DNA from: Lentisphaeria bacterium | GTDB taxonomy: Bacteria; Verrucomicrobiota; Lentisphaeria; Victivallales; UBA1829 | Length of the DNA: 61,627 nt | Reading direction: 5' to 3' | NCBI GenBank assembly: GCA_017455665.1 | Contig: JAFSZN010000154.1 | Coordinates: forward strand, 1 to 61,627 | In this document: one piece after another, positions 28,556 to 40,800 of the stretch | Layout of the letters: each line of letters opens with the position of its first letter | Position numbering within the stretch: position 1 is the stretch's first letter | The notes under the pieces: model-generated | The model's database searches: none | What the model saw: only the letters and a program-made list of their open reading frames with translations | What the model was told of the DNA's origin: nothing | Program-made: the position numbers and the translations under genes

Positions 28556-30580
28556 TTACTTCTTGATGAAGCGGAAGGAGAAGCCGCCGCGGCCGATCAT
28601 GCGGACGGTGATGACGTCGCCGGCTTTCGCGGTGCCTTCGGCGATGTCCCATGCGCGCGGATCGTCGGGCTTCACGTCGCCGTTGATGAAGTAATTGGAA
28701 TCGACGTCCTTGCCGTCCGCGATCTTGCGGAAGGAGTAGGTGTCGCCCGCCTTGCCGGGGACGGTGAACTTGACTTCGCGCGTCTCGTTCTTGCCGTTGA
28801 TGCCGCCGACGTACCAGGTGTCGCCTTTGCGGCGGCCGAGGATCGCGTAGTCGGCGGGTTCGCCGCCGAGGTACTTCGTGTCGTCCCAGGTGGTCGGGAG
28901 GCCGGCGATGAAGTCCTTCACCTTTTCGGGCAGCGCGCGGAACGCGGACGGGCGGTCCGCCATGTGCTGGCAGGCGGATTCGAAGACGACCGGGAGCGCG
29001 AGTTCATGCGCGTGGGAGGTGAGATGCTTGTGCTGGGAGTTGGTGAACGCTGTGGGTGTGTAGTCCATCGGGCCGACGACGTTGCGCGTGAAAGGCAGCG
29101 TGGTGTTGTGTTCGGCGGCCGGCTCGGTCATCATCGGGTGGTTGTTGTACTGTTCCGCGCCCCAGACGCACTCCATGGACATGAGGTTGGGGTAGGTGCG
29201 CGACCAGCCGCGCGGGAGCGTGGCGCCGTGGAAGTTGACCATGATCTTGTGCGGCGCGGCGTCCTTCAGGATGTCGACGTAGTACTGCATCATGCTCTGC
29301 TTGTCGCTCTCGAAGAAGTCGATCTTCACGCCCTTGACGGTCTTTTCGGTGAGCCAGGCGAATTCCTTTTCGCGGGATTCGTGGGTGTTGAAACGGTCGC
29401 GCGGGCCGCCGCCGACGTAGTTGTGCTTGCCGCCGGAGTTGTACCACAGCCACACGCCGACGCCTTTTTCCTTGGCGAGCGCGAGCGCGTCGTCGATGTT
29501 GCCGCCGTTGCCCATCACGTCCCATTCCCAGTCGATCAGGACGTTCGGCCACTTCATTTCGGAGGCGAGCAGGATGTAGTCCTTCACGATCTGGAAGTCC
29601 TTGCTGCCGTGGTTGTACGCCCAGTAGACCCAGGACGCCACGCCGGGGGTGATCCAGGAGACGTCGTCCACCGCGCATTCGGGCGCGAGGTCGTCGATGA
29701 GCGTGGATTCCACGATGTCGGCGAGCGTGCCGATCACGGCGCAGCGCCACGGGGATTTCCACGGGAGCGTGGTCGTCGGGTTGACCGCGCCCTGGTTCGC
29801 GCCTTCGCCGGGATCCGGATAATGCGTGGTGAAGCTCACGCCCTTGTCGTCGACGGAGGACACCAGGTAGGTGCCGCAGTAGGTGCCGTCGAACCACGTC
29901 TCGGAGAGGAGGCCCCACGTGGACTTGTCGGCGGAGTTGAAGAGCAGGGGATAGTTCCAGTTCCGGTTGGCGCCGCCTCTGCGGCCGCCGCCGAACCCGC
30001 CCTGGCCGCCCTGCGGACCGCCGCGGAGCTGGTCTGCCGTGTAGGCGATGTAACGGTCTTCGTAGCTGGTCACGCGGCGCTGCATGCGGAATCCGTCGGT
30101 CAACGGGAACGTGAACGACGTGGATTCGCCCTGGAATTCGACGTCGCCGGATCCGCCGACGCTGTAGCGGAACGCGAAGGAATCGCTGCCGGCGCGCACG
30201 ATCACGCCGATCTGGTTCGCGCCTTCGCCGAAGACGAGCGTCTTTTCGTTCATGCGGACGGTGCGTTCGGAGCGCTTGCCGTTCACCGCCGTATATTTCT
30301 CGGTCACGAGCGCGACGCTGCTGCCGGACGGGATCTGCCCTTTGAGTTTCAGCTGCGAGAAATCGTACTCCGCTTTGTTCGACTTCAGGCCGAGGCGGAC
30401 CTGGAAGACTTCCGACGCGTTGCGTTCCACGCGGAGCACATTGCCTTCGTCGAGGTACACGCGAATCGTCTTGTCCGCGTCCGGCGAGGTCAGAAAAGGA
30501 TCGGCGGCGGAGCAAAGTCCGGCGGCGATGAAGACCGCGGCGCAGGAGAGGGCCGCTTTCATGGAGAGAGAGAACTTCAT
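28556..30580 (-). CDS. Glycoside hydrolase family 97 (alpha-glucosidase/galactosidase-like), secreted
   Basis: Signal peptide; PWKSPWR, SWITPG, LIDWEW, GVKIDFF, VNFHG, RTYPN, FTRNVVGPMDYTP, LPTTWDDT. Confidence 0.88.
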   Translation of the reverse strand: MKFSLSMKAALSCAAVFIAAGLCSAADPFLTSPDADKTIRVYLDEGNVLRVERNASEVFQVRLGLKSNKAEYDFSQLKLKGQIPSGSSVALVTEKYTAVNGKRSERTVRMNEKTLVFGEGANQIGVIVRAGSDSFAFRYSVGGSGDVEFQGESTSFTFPLTDGFRMQRRVTSYEDRYIAYTADQLRGGPQGGQGGFGGGRRGGANRNWNYPLLFNSADKSTWGLLSETWFDGTYCGTYLVSSVDDKGVSFTTHYPDPGEGANQGAVNPTTTLPWKSPWRCAVIGTLADIVESTLIDDLAPECAVDDVSWITPGVASWVYWAYNHGSKDFQIVKDYILLASEMKWPNVLIDWEWDVMGNGGNIDDALALAKEKGVGVWLWYNSGGKHNYVGGGPRDRFNTHESREKEFAWLTEKTVKGVKIDFFESDKQSMMQYYVDILKDAAPHKIMVNFHGATLPRGWSRTYPNLMSMECVWGAEQYNNHPMMTEPAAEHNTTLPFTRNVVGPMDYTPTAFTNSQHKHLTSHAHELALPVVFESACQHMADRPSAFRALPEKVKDFIAGLPTTWDDTKYLGGEPADYAILGRRKGDTWYVGGINGKNETREVKFTVPGKAGDTYSFRKIADGKDVDSNYFINGDVKPDDPRAWDIAEGTAKAGDVITVRMIGRGGFSFRFIKK

Positions 30581-30638
30581 GGTCTGGTTTCCTATGGATG
30601 AAGGTTAAAAGTCAGGTCGAAGATTCCGATTCACTGTA

Positions 30639-30666
30639 AACATAGCACAAAATGACGGTTTTTCAA
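30639..30666 (-). promoter_or_regulatory. Sigma70-type promoter for the GH97 gene
   Basis: TTGAAA-N16-TATGTT with TG at the extended -10 on the minus strand. Confidence 0.55.
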
Positions 30667-30821
30667 CAGGATAAAACGTTTTTTCAACGTTAATTTCACG
30701 TTAAAACCGCGTGACGTGACGCCCCAAGCCGCGACCCGTCGCGGCGGCGGCATGGGCGGTATGGGCGGCCGCAACGGCTTGCCCTGTTCGGGGGTGCGGC
30801 GGTGAAAAAACGGGCGGGAGA

Positions 30822-31721
30822 TCAGATGCCGTCGAGCATGTCCCCGAAGTCTGTCACGGGCTTTGCGCCCTGCTGCCGGATCAGTTCGTTGCTTCCCATT
30901 GCCAGGGGGTCGTCCTCCGCGCCCGGCACGGCGAAGACACGGCATCCCCGTGCCCGTGCGTATTTTGCCGTCCTCAGCGCGCCGCTCTTCTTTCCGGCTT
31001 CGACCACCAGCGTGCAGCGGGAAAGCGCCGCGATGACGCGGTTCCGCCTCGGCAGCGTGCTGCGGGAGGCTCCGGTGTCCATGGGGTATTCGGAAACGAC
31101 CGCGCCGCCAGCGTCGGTGATGGCGCGTGCAAGCTCGCGGTTCTCGGGCGGATAAACGTTTGCGAGGCCGCTTCCGGGTATGGCGACCGTTCTGCCGCCG
31201 GCGTCGAGCGTGGCTTGATGGGCGGCGGTGTCGATCCCGCGCGCCAGCCCGCTGACCGTGGTCCAGCCGCCGCGTGCCGCTTCCTCCGCGAAACGCCGTG
31301 CCATGCGGACGCCCCGGTCCGTCGGGGTGCGCGTGCCGACGATGGCGACGGAGTTCCCCGTTCCGATGCCGGCGGGCAGGGTCCCCTGCACATAGATGCA
31401 CAGCGGCGGGTCGGCGAGTTCGCGCAGGGATGCCGGATAATCCCCGTCGGTGCGGCACACGATGGCAGCCTTTTCCCGTGCCGCGAGTTCCATTTCGCGG
31501 CCGAGGTCGGCGAACTCGCGCCAGCGCGGGATGAGTTCGGCGATCCCGGGGGCGATGCCGCCTAGGCGGACAATGTCCGCAACGTCCATGCCGAAGATGC
31601 CGGAAAGCCCCCCTGCCGCTTCAAGCAGGGCGCCGGACGGCGAAACATAACGGTTCCACGCGGAAAGCCCGCCGATCCCGTTCAGCATGTTGAGGATGAT
31701 GCACGCGTCATGGTCGTTCAT
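30822..31721 (-). CDS. dprA: DNA-processing protein DprA (Smf)
   Basis: YPASL…DPP, AIVGTR, VSGLARGIDTAAH, RRNRVIAALS, VVEAGKKSGAL, FAVPG, GSNELI. Confidence 0.92.
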   Translation of the reverse strand: MNDHDACIILNMLNGIGGLSAWNRYVSPSGALLEAAGGLSGIFGMDVADIVRLGGIAPGIAELIPRWREFADLGREMELAAREKAAIVCRTDGDYPASLRELADPPLCIYVQGTLPAGIGTGNSVAIVGTRTPTDRGVRMARRFAEEAARGGWTTVSGLARGIDTAAHQATLDAGGRTVAIPGSGLANVYPPENRELARAITDAGGAVVSEYPMDTGASRSTLPRRNRVIAALSRCTLVVEAGKKSGALRTAKYARARGCRVFAVPGAEDDPLAMGSNELIRQQGAKPVTDFGDMLDGI

Positions 31722-31798
31722 CGTCTTTTTTCCTCCGAATTCATCCGTCTTGTTAGAGAATATGCCGCCGCGCTTCCGTCTTTTGCAGGGCACATAAA

Positions 31799-31837
31799 GA
31801 TACCCCCGCCGCGTTCTTTTGCAGGCGGGGCGTATCC
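31799..31837. terminator. Hairpin between the giant surface protein gene and dprA (possible terminator or attenuator)
   Basis: GATACCCCCGCC…GGCGGGGCGTATC inverted repeat. Confidence 0.45.
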
Positions 31838-31868
31838 GAAATGCTGTTGAAGTTTTTGGACTTGCCGG

Positions 31869-34800
31869 TCACGCGAGGGCGGAGACGGTCTGCCAGCCTG
31901 CCATCTGTTTGTTGTTGATCTGCCAGTAGCCCGCGAGCCCGGATTCGGCGCTGCGCCACGCGATGTCGTCCGTGCCGTCGCCGTTGAGGTCCGCGACGCC
32001 GACGAGGCTCCATTCGGACGCGTCGACCTTGCTGAGGATGGACCACGAGGCAAGCCAGCCGTCCGACATGCCCCAGATGCCCACGACGCCTTCGCCGTTG
32101 ACCATGGCGATGTCCTTCGTGCCGTCGCCGTCGAAGTCGCCCGCGCAGAGGAAGTTCCACTCCTCCGGGTTCGCCACGCTGACCATGCGCCAGTCGACCG
32201 GGTTCCCGACGATCCACGAGCAATACGCGTTGTACGTTTTGCCGTCCGCGCCGAGGAAGCTGTTCTTCCAGAGCATGTCGCACTTGCCGTCGCCGTCGAA
32301 ATCGCCCGTCGCGATCATCTCCCACGAGGCGGAGTAGCCGTTGATGAGCGTCCATTCCGTGCCCGCCTTCCAGTAGCCGATCAGGCCGACTGTCTCGGAC
32401 GCGCCGGTGGGGTTCGCCACCAGCACATCGTCCTTGCCGTCGCCGTCGAAATCGCCGATGCCGAGGATGTCCCATGCGGCGTCCTTGAAGTTCAGGACCT
32501 GCGCCGTGAACGTGCCGTCGCCGTTCGACATTTCGCCGACCACGTAGCCCGCGGCGTTGATGCGGAGCACGTCGTCCCTGCCGTCGCCGTCGAAGTCGCC
32601 GATGCCGACGGGCTCCCAGCCGTCGCCGAGCGCGACCGCGCCCCACAGCGCGCCGTTCTCCGCGTAGACCGACACGATGCCGCCCGCGTACTTCGCGAAC
32701 ATCGGCGTGCCGTCCCCCGCGAAATCGCCGAGGAAGAACCGCTTGTCCGCCTCGGGGATCGCCTCGCCGGTCACGGTGAACGCGTCGCCCTCCGCGATCT
32801 CGGAGGCGTTCCACGCCTTGTCGAACGCGTGGACGGTCCAGTGCCAGGTACCCGCGCCCAGGTCCTCGATCACGAGGGTGGTCCGGTTCGTCGAAACGGT
32901 GAATTCGTGTTCGCCGTTCCAGTATCTCACGATGTATTCGTCGATGCCGGAGCCGGCGTCTTCCGACGGGTTCCACGCGAGCACGACCATGTGTTCGGAG
33001 ACGCTCGCCCGGAGGCTGCCCGGCTTCTTCGGCGCGATATTGTCGATGTTGTTCACTGTGTAGGAGACGATCTCGGAGACGTTTCCGGCGTCGTCGACCG
33101 CCTTGAAGTAGACGGTCGCGTTTTTCGTGACGGTCACGCCGTTTTCGAAGTCGTAGGCGAGCCATTCGCCGTTCGCGCCGATCCGGTAGTACGCGGTCAG
33201 CATCTCCTGGTCGTCCGAGAATTCCGCCGTGACGACGACGTCGCGGTTTGTCAGCTCGACGGTGTCGGCATTCACGTTGAACACCTTCGGCGGCGCATTG
33301 TCCGGCGCGGAGACCGTCAGCGTCAGGATGTCGTCGATGATCCGCAGTTTATAGACCGCGTCCCCTATATTCAGGCTGCCGTCGAGCGCGATCGTGCCGA
33401 TCGAGCTCCCGTCCCGGTTCACGACCGTGAACACGGCGTCGTCCGTGGCATTCGTCCTGCCCGCCTCCGCGTTTCCGGCGAGCTTGTAGCTGCGGGAACC
33501 GGACGCCGGGACCGTGTCCGCGTCCACCGTGATCGTGTAGCTGCGGGTCGGGAGGGTGGATGCTTGCGGCGGTCGCGAGAACGTCAATATCCGCAGATCG
33601 TTCAGCAGGGGCCGGGAGTCGTCCGCCACCGAGAGGTCGAAGTCGACGACCGTGAAAAAGAGCGTGTTGAATGTCCCTTCGATCGTCATGCGCCCGGAAA
33701 GCTTCGCGATCCCGGAACCGGCTTCGAGAGTCCCGTCCCGGATGGTGAAATTCCGCAGGGTGGCGCCGTTTTCCAGCCTGACTCTGCCGACGGAGCCTTC
33801 GATTACAAGGTTCTCCGCATAGGAGCCGACGTCCACGAGAACCGAGATATTCACATGCGCGCCGTTGCCGTTCAGCACAGCGCCGTTCTTGACGGTTATC
33901 ACAGAAACCTCGGCGTCCTCCGGCAGCGTGACCGTCCCGCCGACGATGGACAGTTTCTTGCCCGGGACATATTCGGCGAAGGCGTCGTAGCCGATGGTCG
34001 CCGTGGAACCGTCCGCCATTTCGACCGTCGTGCCGTCCTCGAGTCCGGCCCAAAGGGAGTTGACATAGACCAGGTCGACCGTATCCGCGATCTTTTCGAC
34101 CATGAAGCGATACACATGGAGGATCCCTGAGGCTACGATCTCCCGTCCCACGAACGTATAAAGATTCCCGTTGTATTCCAGGTCGTGTCCGATGGAGAGC
34201 GTCCCGACCGTTTCGCCGTCCGTGTTCACGACCGTGAAAACGAGGTCCTCGTAGAACCAGATCTGGCTGTCGCCTATATAGAGATATTCTCCGGGCATCT
34301 GGTACCCGCTGCTTACGGTCAGCGTGAACTCCGCATTGCCCCGGACGTGGTGGAATCCGCTTCTGTTGTTTAAACTTCCCGGGCGCAGGCCGACCGAGAT
34401 ATCGAGGTCCATGACACCGTTGTTCACGATGGATGCGCCGTCCTGGAAATCGAAGAAGGAGACGGAGAACGTGCCGCCCTCCTCGACCGTGATCGCGCAG
34501 CCCTCCCTGACCGCGGAGACGGCGCCGGAGAGGCTGGCGCCGGTCCCGACCGTGATCGTGGTCCCGTTGTCGACTTCGGTGTTGAGGACGGCTTCGCCGA
34601 GGACGATGATGTTGAGATTCGACTTCCAGAGCCTCTTCGGGATGCGTCCCTTCTCCACGACGACCGTGCCGCCGTCGGAAACCGCGGCGAACGCGGCGTC
34701 GTTGTAGAAGGCGTTGACTCCGATGACCGCCAGGTAGCCGGACTGCAGCACCACGAACGCGCCGTCTTCCAGCCCCTCCCAGTCCGAATTCAGGTAGATG

Positions 34801-37800
34801 CGGGAGGTCTCCACGAGCCTGGTGACGCCGAGCTCCAGTTTGCCCATGTTGTCGCTCGAGAGGTGGTAGGCGTTTCCGTCGGTCGCGTACAGCGTCTTGC
34901 CGACTTCCAGCTTGCCCAGCTCCTCGCCGTCGCTGTTCAGCACCGTGATGATGCCGTCGAACAGACCGGCGTCCTCGGACAGCGTATAGACGCCTTCGCC
35001 CTGCGAAAGCCCGCCGACCGTCAGCGCGAAGTTCGGCGCGCCCTGCACGCGGGCGAACCCGCGGAAAAGCGGTCCGCCGTCCGCGGCCGCGCCGGTCATG
35101 TCGAGGTTCAGTATGCCGTTCACGAAGAGGGATGCGCCGTCGTCGAGCACGGTCCGGCCGACGGTCAGCGTGCCGCCCGCCTCGACCGTGATCGCGCCGC
35201 CCGCCGCGATGGTGATGTCGCCGGAGAGCGTGCCGCCCGCCGTGACCGTGATCGTCCGGGCGGACTCGACCGCGCCGTTCAGCTTGAGCTCGCCGCCGCG
35301 GATGACGACGCTGTTCGCGTTCCCCAGCGCCCCGGTGGAGACCGTGCCGTCCCAGAGCACTGCCATGCCGCCCTTGCCGACTTCATAGAACGCGCCCTCG
35401 TCGGCGAACGCGTCGACGCCGACCGAAACGCGGGATCCGTCCGCCAGCGTCACGGTCTTGCCGTACGCGACGCCTTCCCACTCCGTGCTGATGTGGACGC
35501 AGGGGACGCCGTCGGGGCGGGACACCGTGAGGCAGAGGTTGCCGAGGGTGTCCAGGATCAGCTTGAATTCTTTCCTTTCGTACAGGAACGACTGCCCGGC
35601 GGTCAGCGTGGCGAGCGCCGTTCCTGCGTCGTTCCGGACCGTGATGACGCCGTCGAACCCGGCGGCGTCCGAGGACAGGACATACCTGCCGGCGGCCTGG
35701 GTCTCGCTGACGGTCAGCACATAGGAAGGCGTGCCCTCGACGCGGGAGAGCCCGCGGAAGAGCGCCGCGCCGCCCTGGCCGATCCCGGAAATATCGAAGC
35801 ACAGCGTGCCATCGATCCTGATGGTCGCGTCGTCCTCGACCATGATCTGTCCGGAGACCGTGACGATCGCATCGTTGTCAATGAAGAAATGCGCGGCGCC
35901 CCGCTGGAGCGCCTCATCGGGCATGGCGGAGCATTCGACGGACAGCACGGCGCCCGCTTCGACCGTGAGCGTGCCGCCGGACTCGATTTCGAAGACGCCG
36001 GAGGCCATGCCGCCGCCTTGCACAGTGATGGTGCCGCTGTATCCGGTGCGGATCCTGCCCGTGGCAATGCCGCCGTCGTTCACCGCGAGCGAGCCGCCGG
36101 ACATGAACGTGTACGCGCCGGAGATCGTGCCGCCGTCCTCGACCGTGACCGTTTTGCCGAAACCGGTCGACCAGGACCAGGCGGGATCCATATTCAATTC
36201 CCCGCCGCGGACCGTGATGCGGACGGCGTCGCCGAAATCCACAGGCGTGGCCTGATACGTCCCGCCCAGGATCACGATCGTGCCGCGCTCGGCGACTTCG
36301 GAGGCCGCATCCTCCAGTTTGGAGAACGCATCGTATCCGACCCACGCGGTCCCGCCTTTCGGCAGCAGGACGATCGCATCGTCGTCCAGTCCCGCCCACT
36401 CCGCGTTGAGATACACGGTCGGGGCCAGGTCGGGATCGACCACGTTCAGGCAGAGGTCGCCGGTCTCGTCCAGCTCCAGGGTGCAGGTCTTCCTGCCGAG
36501 CATGTACGAATCACCGACGGAAAGCGTCGCGAGTGTTTTGTTTACGTTGAAATCTAAGACTGTGATGACGCCGTCGAATCCGGCGGCGCCCGATGCCAGC
36601 ACATACTTGCCCGCGGACTGTTTTGCAATGTCACTGATCCTCAGCTCAAAAGAGGACGGCGCGCCCTGAATCCGGGAGAGGTCGGAAATGCGCGCGTCGC
36701 AGCCGCCGGTCAGCCGCGCGATGCTCAACCGGATTGTGCCGTTCACCGTGACGTTCGCGCCATCGCGGATCACGATTTTCCCGTCATAGAGAGCAAGTTT
36801 TCCGCCCACCTCCACCGTAAACGTTGCGCCGGACTCCACGGTGAAGGCCACGTCGAAGGATTGATGGAACCCGATACCGCCGATCGCGGCGACCGAAATG
36901 ACGCAGCCGGGGGCGAGGGAGAAGTTCTCGCTCATGTATAAGCTGCCTTTGCGTATGATGACGTTGACGCCGCGCTGGGGCACGGGGTCATACGGCATCG
37001 ACCCGTATCCCCCCCCTTCGATGATCACGGTGGAGCCCGGGCTGAATGTATTTATAACATTTCTCCAGAACGCGTTGTATCCGATGATGGCGGTCCCGCC
37101 GTCGATCGTTTCGACGACGTCGCCGTCCTTCTTGTCGTACCATTTGGTGTTGAGGTAGTAGACCGAGGTGACATCCGGTTTCGAGACGTCCAGCGTGAGG
37201 TCGCCTGCCGACGTCAGCGCCGCTTCGTAGCGGATGCCGTTGACAATGAGGAAACCGCCTGCCGTGCTGAGCGCATATTTGTTGCTGCCGAGCCTGAGCT
37301 CGACCCGCCCGACGCCGGACGCCCCGGTCGCGACCAGGTAGGTCCCCGTGGCAAGGGCTCCGGCGGCGCGGATGGCGTAGGTCGGCGCGCCCTGGATCCG
37401 GGAGAGGTTTTCGAAGACGGCTTTGCCGCCCGCGCGGGAAATGTCGAATTCGATCGTTCCGTCGACCGTGATGGACCCGGCGTTCGAGGGGCCGGACATC
37501 AGCAGCGTGGAGGTGCCGTCGACCGTGATGGACGCGGATGCCGCCGCTTCGCCCGCGATCGCCAGGATGCCGTTCTGGATCACGGAGACGGATCCGGTGA
37601 GCACGTCGGTTCCCGTGAGCGACAGCGTGGCGCCGTCCACGACGACCGGGTTGGAGTGCGAGCCCTCGGAGAGCTGGAAATTGCCGCCCGTGATGTTCAC
37701 CGTGGCGCCCACCCCGACCGCGAACGCGTCGTTCAGGTTCGCGAACGCGTCGTACAGGTAGATCGCCGTGCCGCCGCGGATGTTCACGATCTCGCCCGCC

Positions 37801-40800
37801 TGTTTGCCCGACCAGGAGGAATTGACCGTGACCGATTCCAGCGGGGGGCGTTCGTTGCTCACGACGAGCGAGAGGAAGTATTTGCCGTCGGACGGCAGTC
37901 CGCGCAGCGTGTAGTACACGCCGAGGATATTGACGGACTTTCCGATCTCGATCGTCCCGAGGGTCGTGCCGGAGACGTTGCGGAGCGCGATGGAGCCGCT
38001 GAAGTTGTCCACGGCGTCCGCCAGCAGATACACGCCCTTTTCCTGCGCGATGTCGATCGTGATGGAGTAGGAAGCCGGTGCGCCCTTGAGACAGGAGAGC
38101 CCGCGGAAGAGCATCGGCGCGCCCGCGGTCGTGCCGGAAATGTCGAAGTCGATGGTGCCGTTGACCGTGATGTCCATGTCCTCCGTGAAGGCAGCCGTGC
38201 CGATCAGCGTGCCGCTTGCCGAAATGACGACCGTGCCGCCCAGCGCCGTGACGTCCCGCAGGACCGTCTTCCCTTCGGCGGAGAGCGTGCCGCCCAGGAC
38301 CGCGCCGTCATGGAGTTCGATGGTGAAGCCCGAGCCGGTCTTCGTGTCTCCGGCGAGCGTCGCGCCCGACTTCACCGTGAGCGTGCCGTTATAGACCGTA
38401 AGGCTGTCGGCGGTCGCGCCGCTTTCCAGCGTCAGGTCGTATGCGTAGCGCGTGCTCCCGGTCCCGCCGCGCACGACGGATCCGGCGCGCGCCACGGTCT
38501 TCCGCGTCTTCTCGTTGTCCAGGTCGTTCAGCACGGCGATCCCGCCGTCGATGTACGCGGCCGCGCCTTCGGCGGATGCCGCGTGGGCTGCGGCGGCCGA
38601 GCCGAACGCGTCGACGCCATACGTGGCGGACGCGCCGCTTTGCAGCGTCACAGTCTCGCCGAACGCGAGGCCGTCCCAGGTCGAGTTGATGTAGACGGTC
38701 TCCGGCATCTCGTATGTGCCGACCGTGAGCGTGAGCACGCCGTCCGTTTCCGCGATCGTGTAGGACTTGCCGTTCACGCGGTACGTCCCGCCGATCGTGA
38801 TCACGTTCGGTTTCCGGGGCGTGGCGCCCGAGGCGTCGGGAATGTAATAGATGATGTTGCTGTTTGAGGTCTTTTCCTGAATGGTGAAGTACGGCGCGAA
38901 CCCGGCGGCGTTCGTGCCGAGCACATAGACGCCCTGTGCTTGGTCCGCCGAGATCAGGATCGCGCAGTTCGGCGTGCCGGCCACGTACGCCAGACCGTCG
39001 TACAGCGCGGGCCCGCCCGCGGCCGCGCCGGAAATGTCGAACGCCATCATGCCGCCGGACACCGTGATCTCGGACCCCGCCTCGAACGTGCAGTATCCGG
39101 TCAGCACCCCGCTCGTCACCGTGAGCGCGGCGCCCGCGGCGACCGTCAGGCTCTTCGCCGTGCCGCCGGACACCGTGACCGAGCCGCCCGCGGCGACCGT
39201 CAGGTCCTGTACCAGAGATACGGATTTCGCGGTGACCGAACGGTACACGGTCGTGTTTTCGAGGATGATGGCGGCGGAGACGACAACATAAATAATGCCG
39301 GACGTGTTGTAGGTCAGGACGAGGTTGCGCGTGACGCCCGCCGCCGGCGAGAACGTGCCGCCGGACACCGTGATCACGCAGTTTTCGTCCCCGAACTCCT
39401 CGGCCGCCGCCAGGTCGTAGAACGCGTCGACGCCGTACGTGGCGGTGTACGAGAGATTCGTGTCCGGGTTCGTGACGCCGACCGTGCTCCCGACCGCCAG
39501 CGTGTTCCAGTCGAAGTTGACGTACAGGTAGTACGGCTTCTCCGTTTCGGGCGTGACCGACAGCGTGAAGCCGGCGTCGCTTGTGAGAATGAAACCGCCG
39601 CTGGCTCTTTTGCACACGAGCGAGTAGCGCATGCCGTTGATGACGGCGTCCGTTTTGATCTCCTGGTAGCTCCCGTCCGCCTGCTGGACGTACCGGATCC
39701 CGACCGTGCCCAGCGCATTCCCGGAGGCGTCGACCACGGTGAGTGTGAAATCTTCGTAGCCGTTTGGCGTCGCGACGAGCTTGTACCCGCCCGCGGCCTG
39801 GCTTTCCCCGACCGTGAGCCGGTAGGTCGCCGCGCCCTGGATGTCCGCGATCCTGTTGATGAGCGCGTCCGTGCTCCCCGCGGAGCCGGAGATGTCCAGG
39901 TTCACGATGCCGTCGACCGTGATCGTGCCGGACGCGTTGAATTTTTGCGTGACGGTAAGGACCGCGCCCGCTTCGACCGTGAGCGTGCCGCCCGAAACGG
40001 CGATGTCCCGCGCGGACGCCCCGTTCTTCAAGGTCAGCGTGCCGCGTTCGCCCACGGTGGCGCCCGTGACCGACGCGCCCGCCGCCACGTCGACGGTCCC
40101 GGTCAGGACGCCGGGGAGCGCCGCCTCGCAGCCGGTGACGAGCACGAGGCCGTTTTCCGCGACCGCCTCGGACGCCGCGGCGAGGTCCGCGAACGCGTCG
40201 TAGCCGAACGTGGCGGTGCCGCCGTCCGCCAGCGCGACGGACGTGCCCGCCTCAAGGCCGGTCCAGGTCGTGTTCAGGTAGACCGGGTTCGGATCGGGAA
40301 GGATCTCCGGACGCTCCGTCCAGATCGACAGGTATAGGGTATCGTATTTCGTTTTCGCGAGGTAGTAGCGCCCGCCGATCTCGGTGAGCTCGCCGACCGT
40401 GAGCGTGCCGAGCGCCGCCCATGCGGTGTTGCGGACCGTGAGCGTGCCGCTGAACCCGTTCACGCCGTCCGCCAGGACATACCGACCCGTTGCCTGTACG
40501 TCCGACACCGTGACCGTGAACGTCGGCGCGCCGGTAATGGCGTTCAGTCCGTTCAGGATCACCTCGTTGCCCGGAGCCAGATTCGTCAGGTCGAAATCCA
40601 CGATGCCGCCCGCCGCAGCCGTGACCGTGGTCCCGTTCACGAACGACATCCGTCCCGTGAGCGTGCCGCCCGAGGCGAGCGTGATCAGCGTGTAGTTCGT
40701 TGCGGACAGGTTCCGCGCGACGCCGTCGCCGGACACCGTGATCCGCATCCAGGACGCTTCCGCGTCCTCCAGCAGGCCGCCCGCCTCGACCGTGAGGTAC

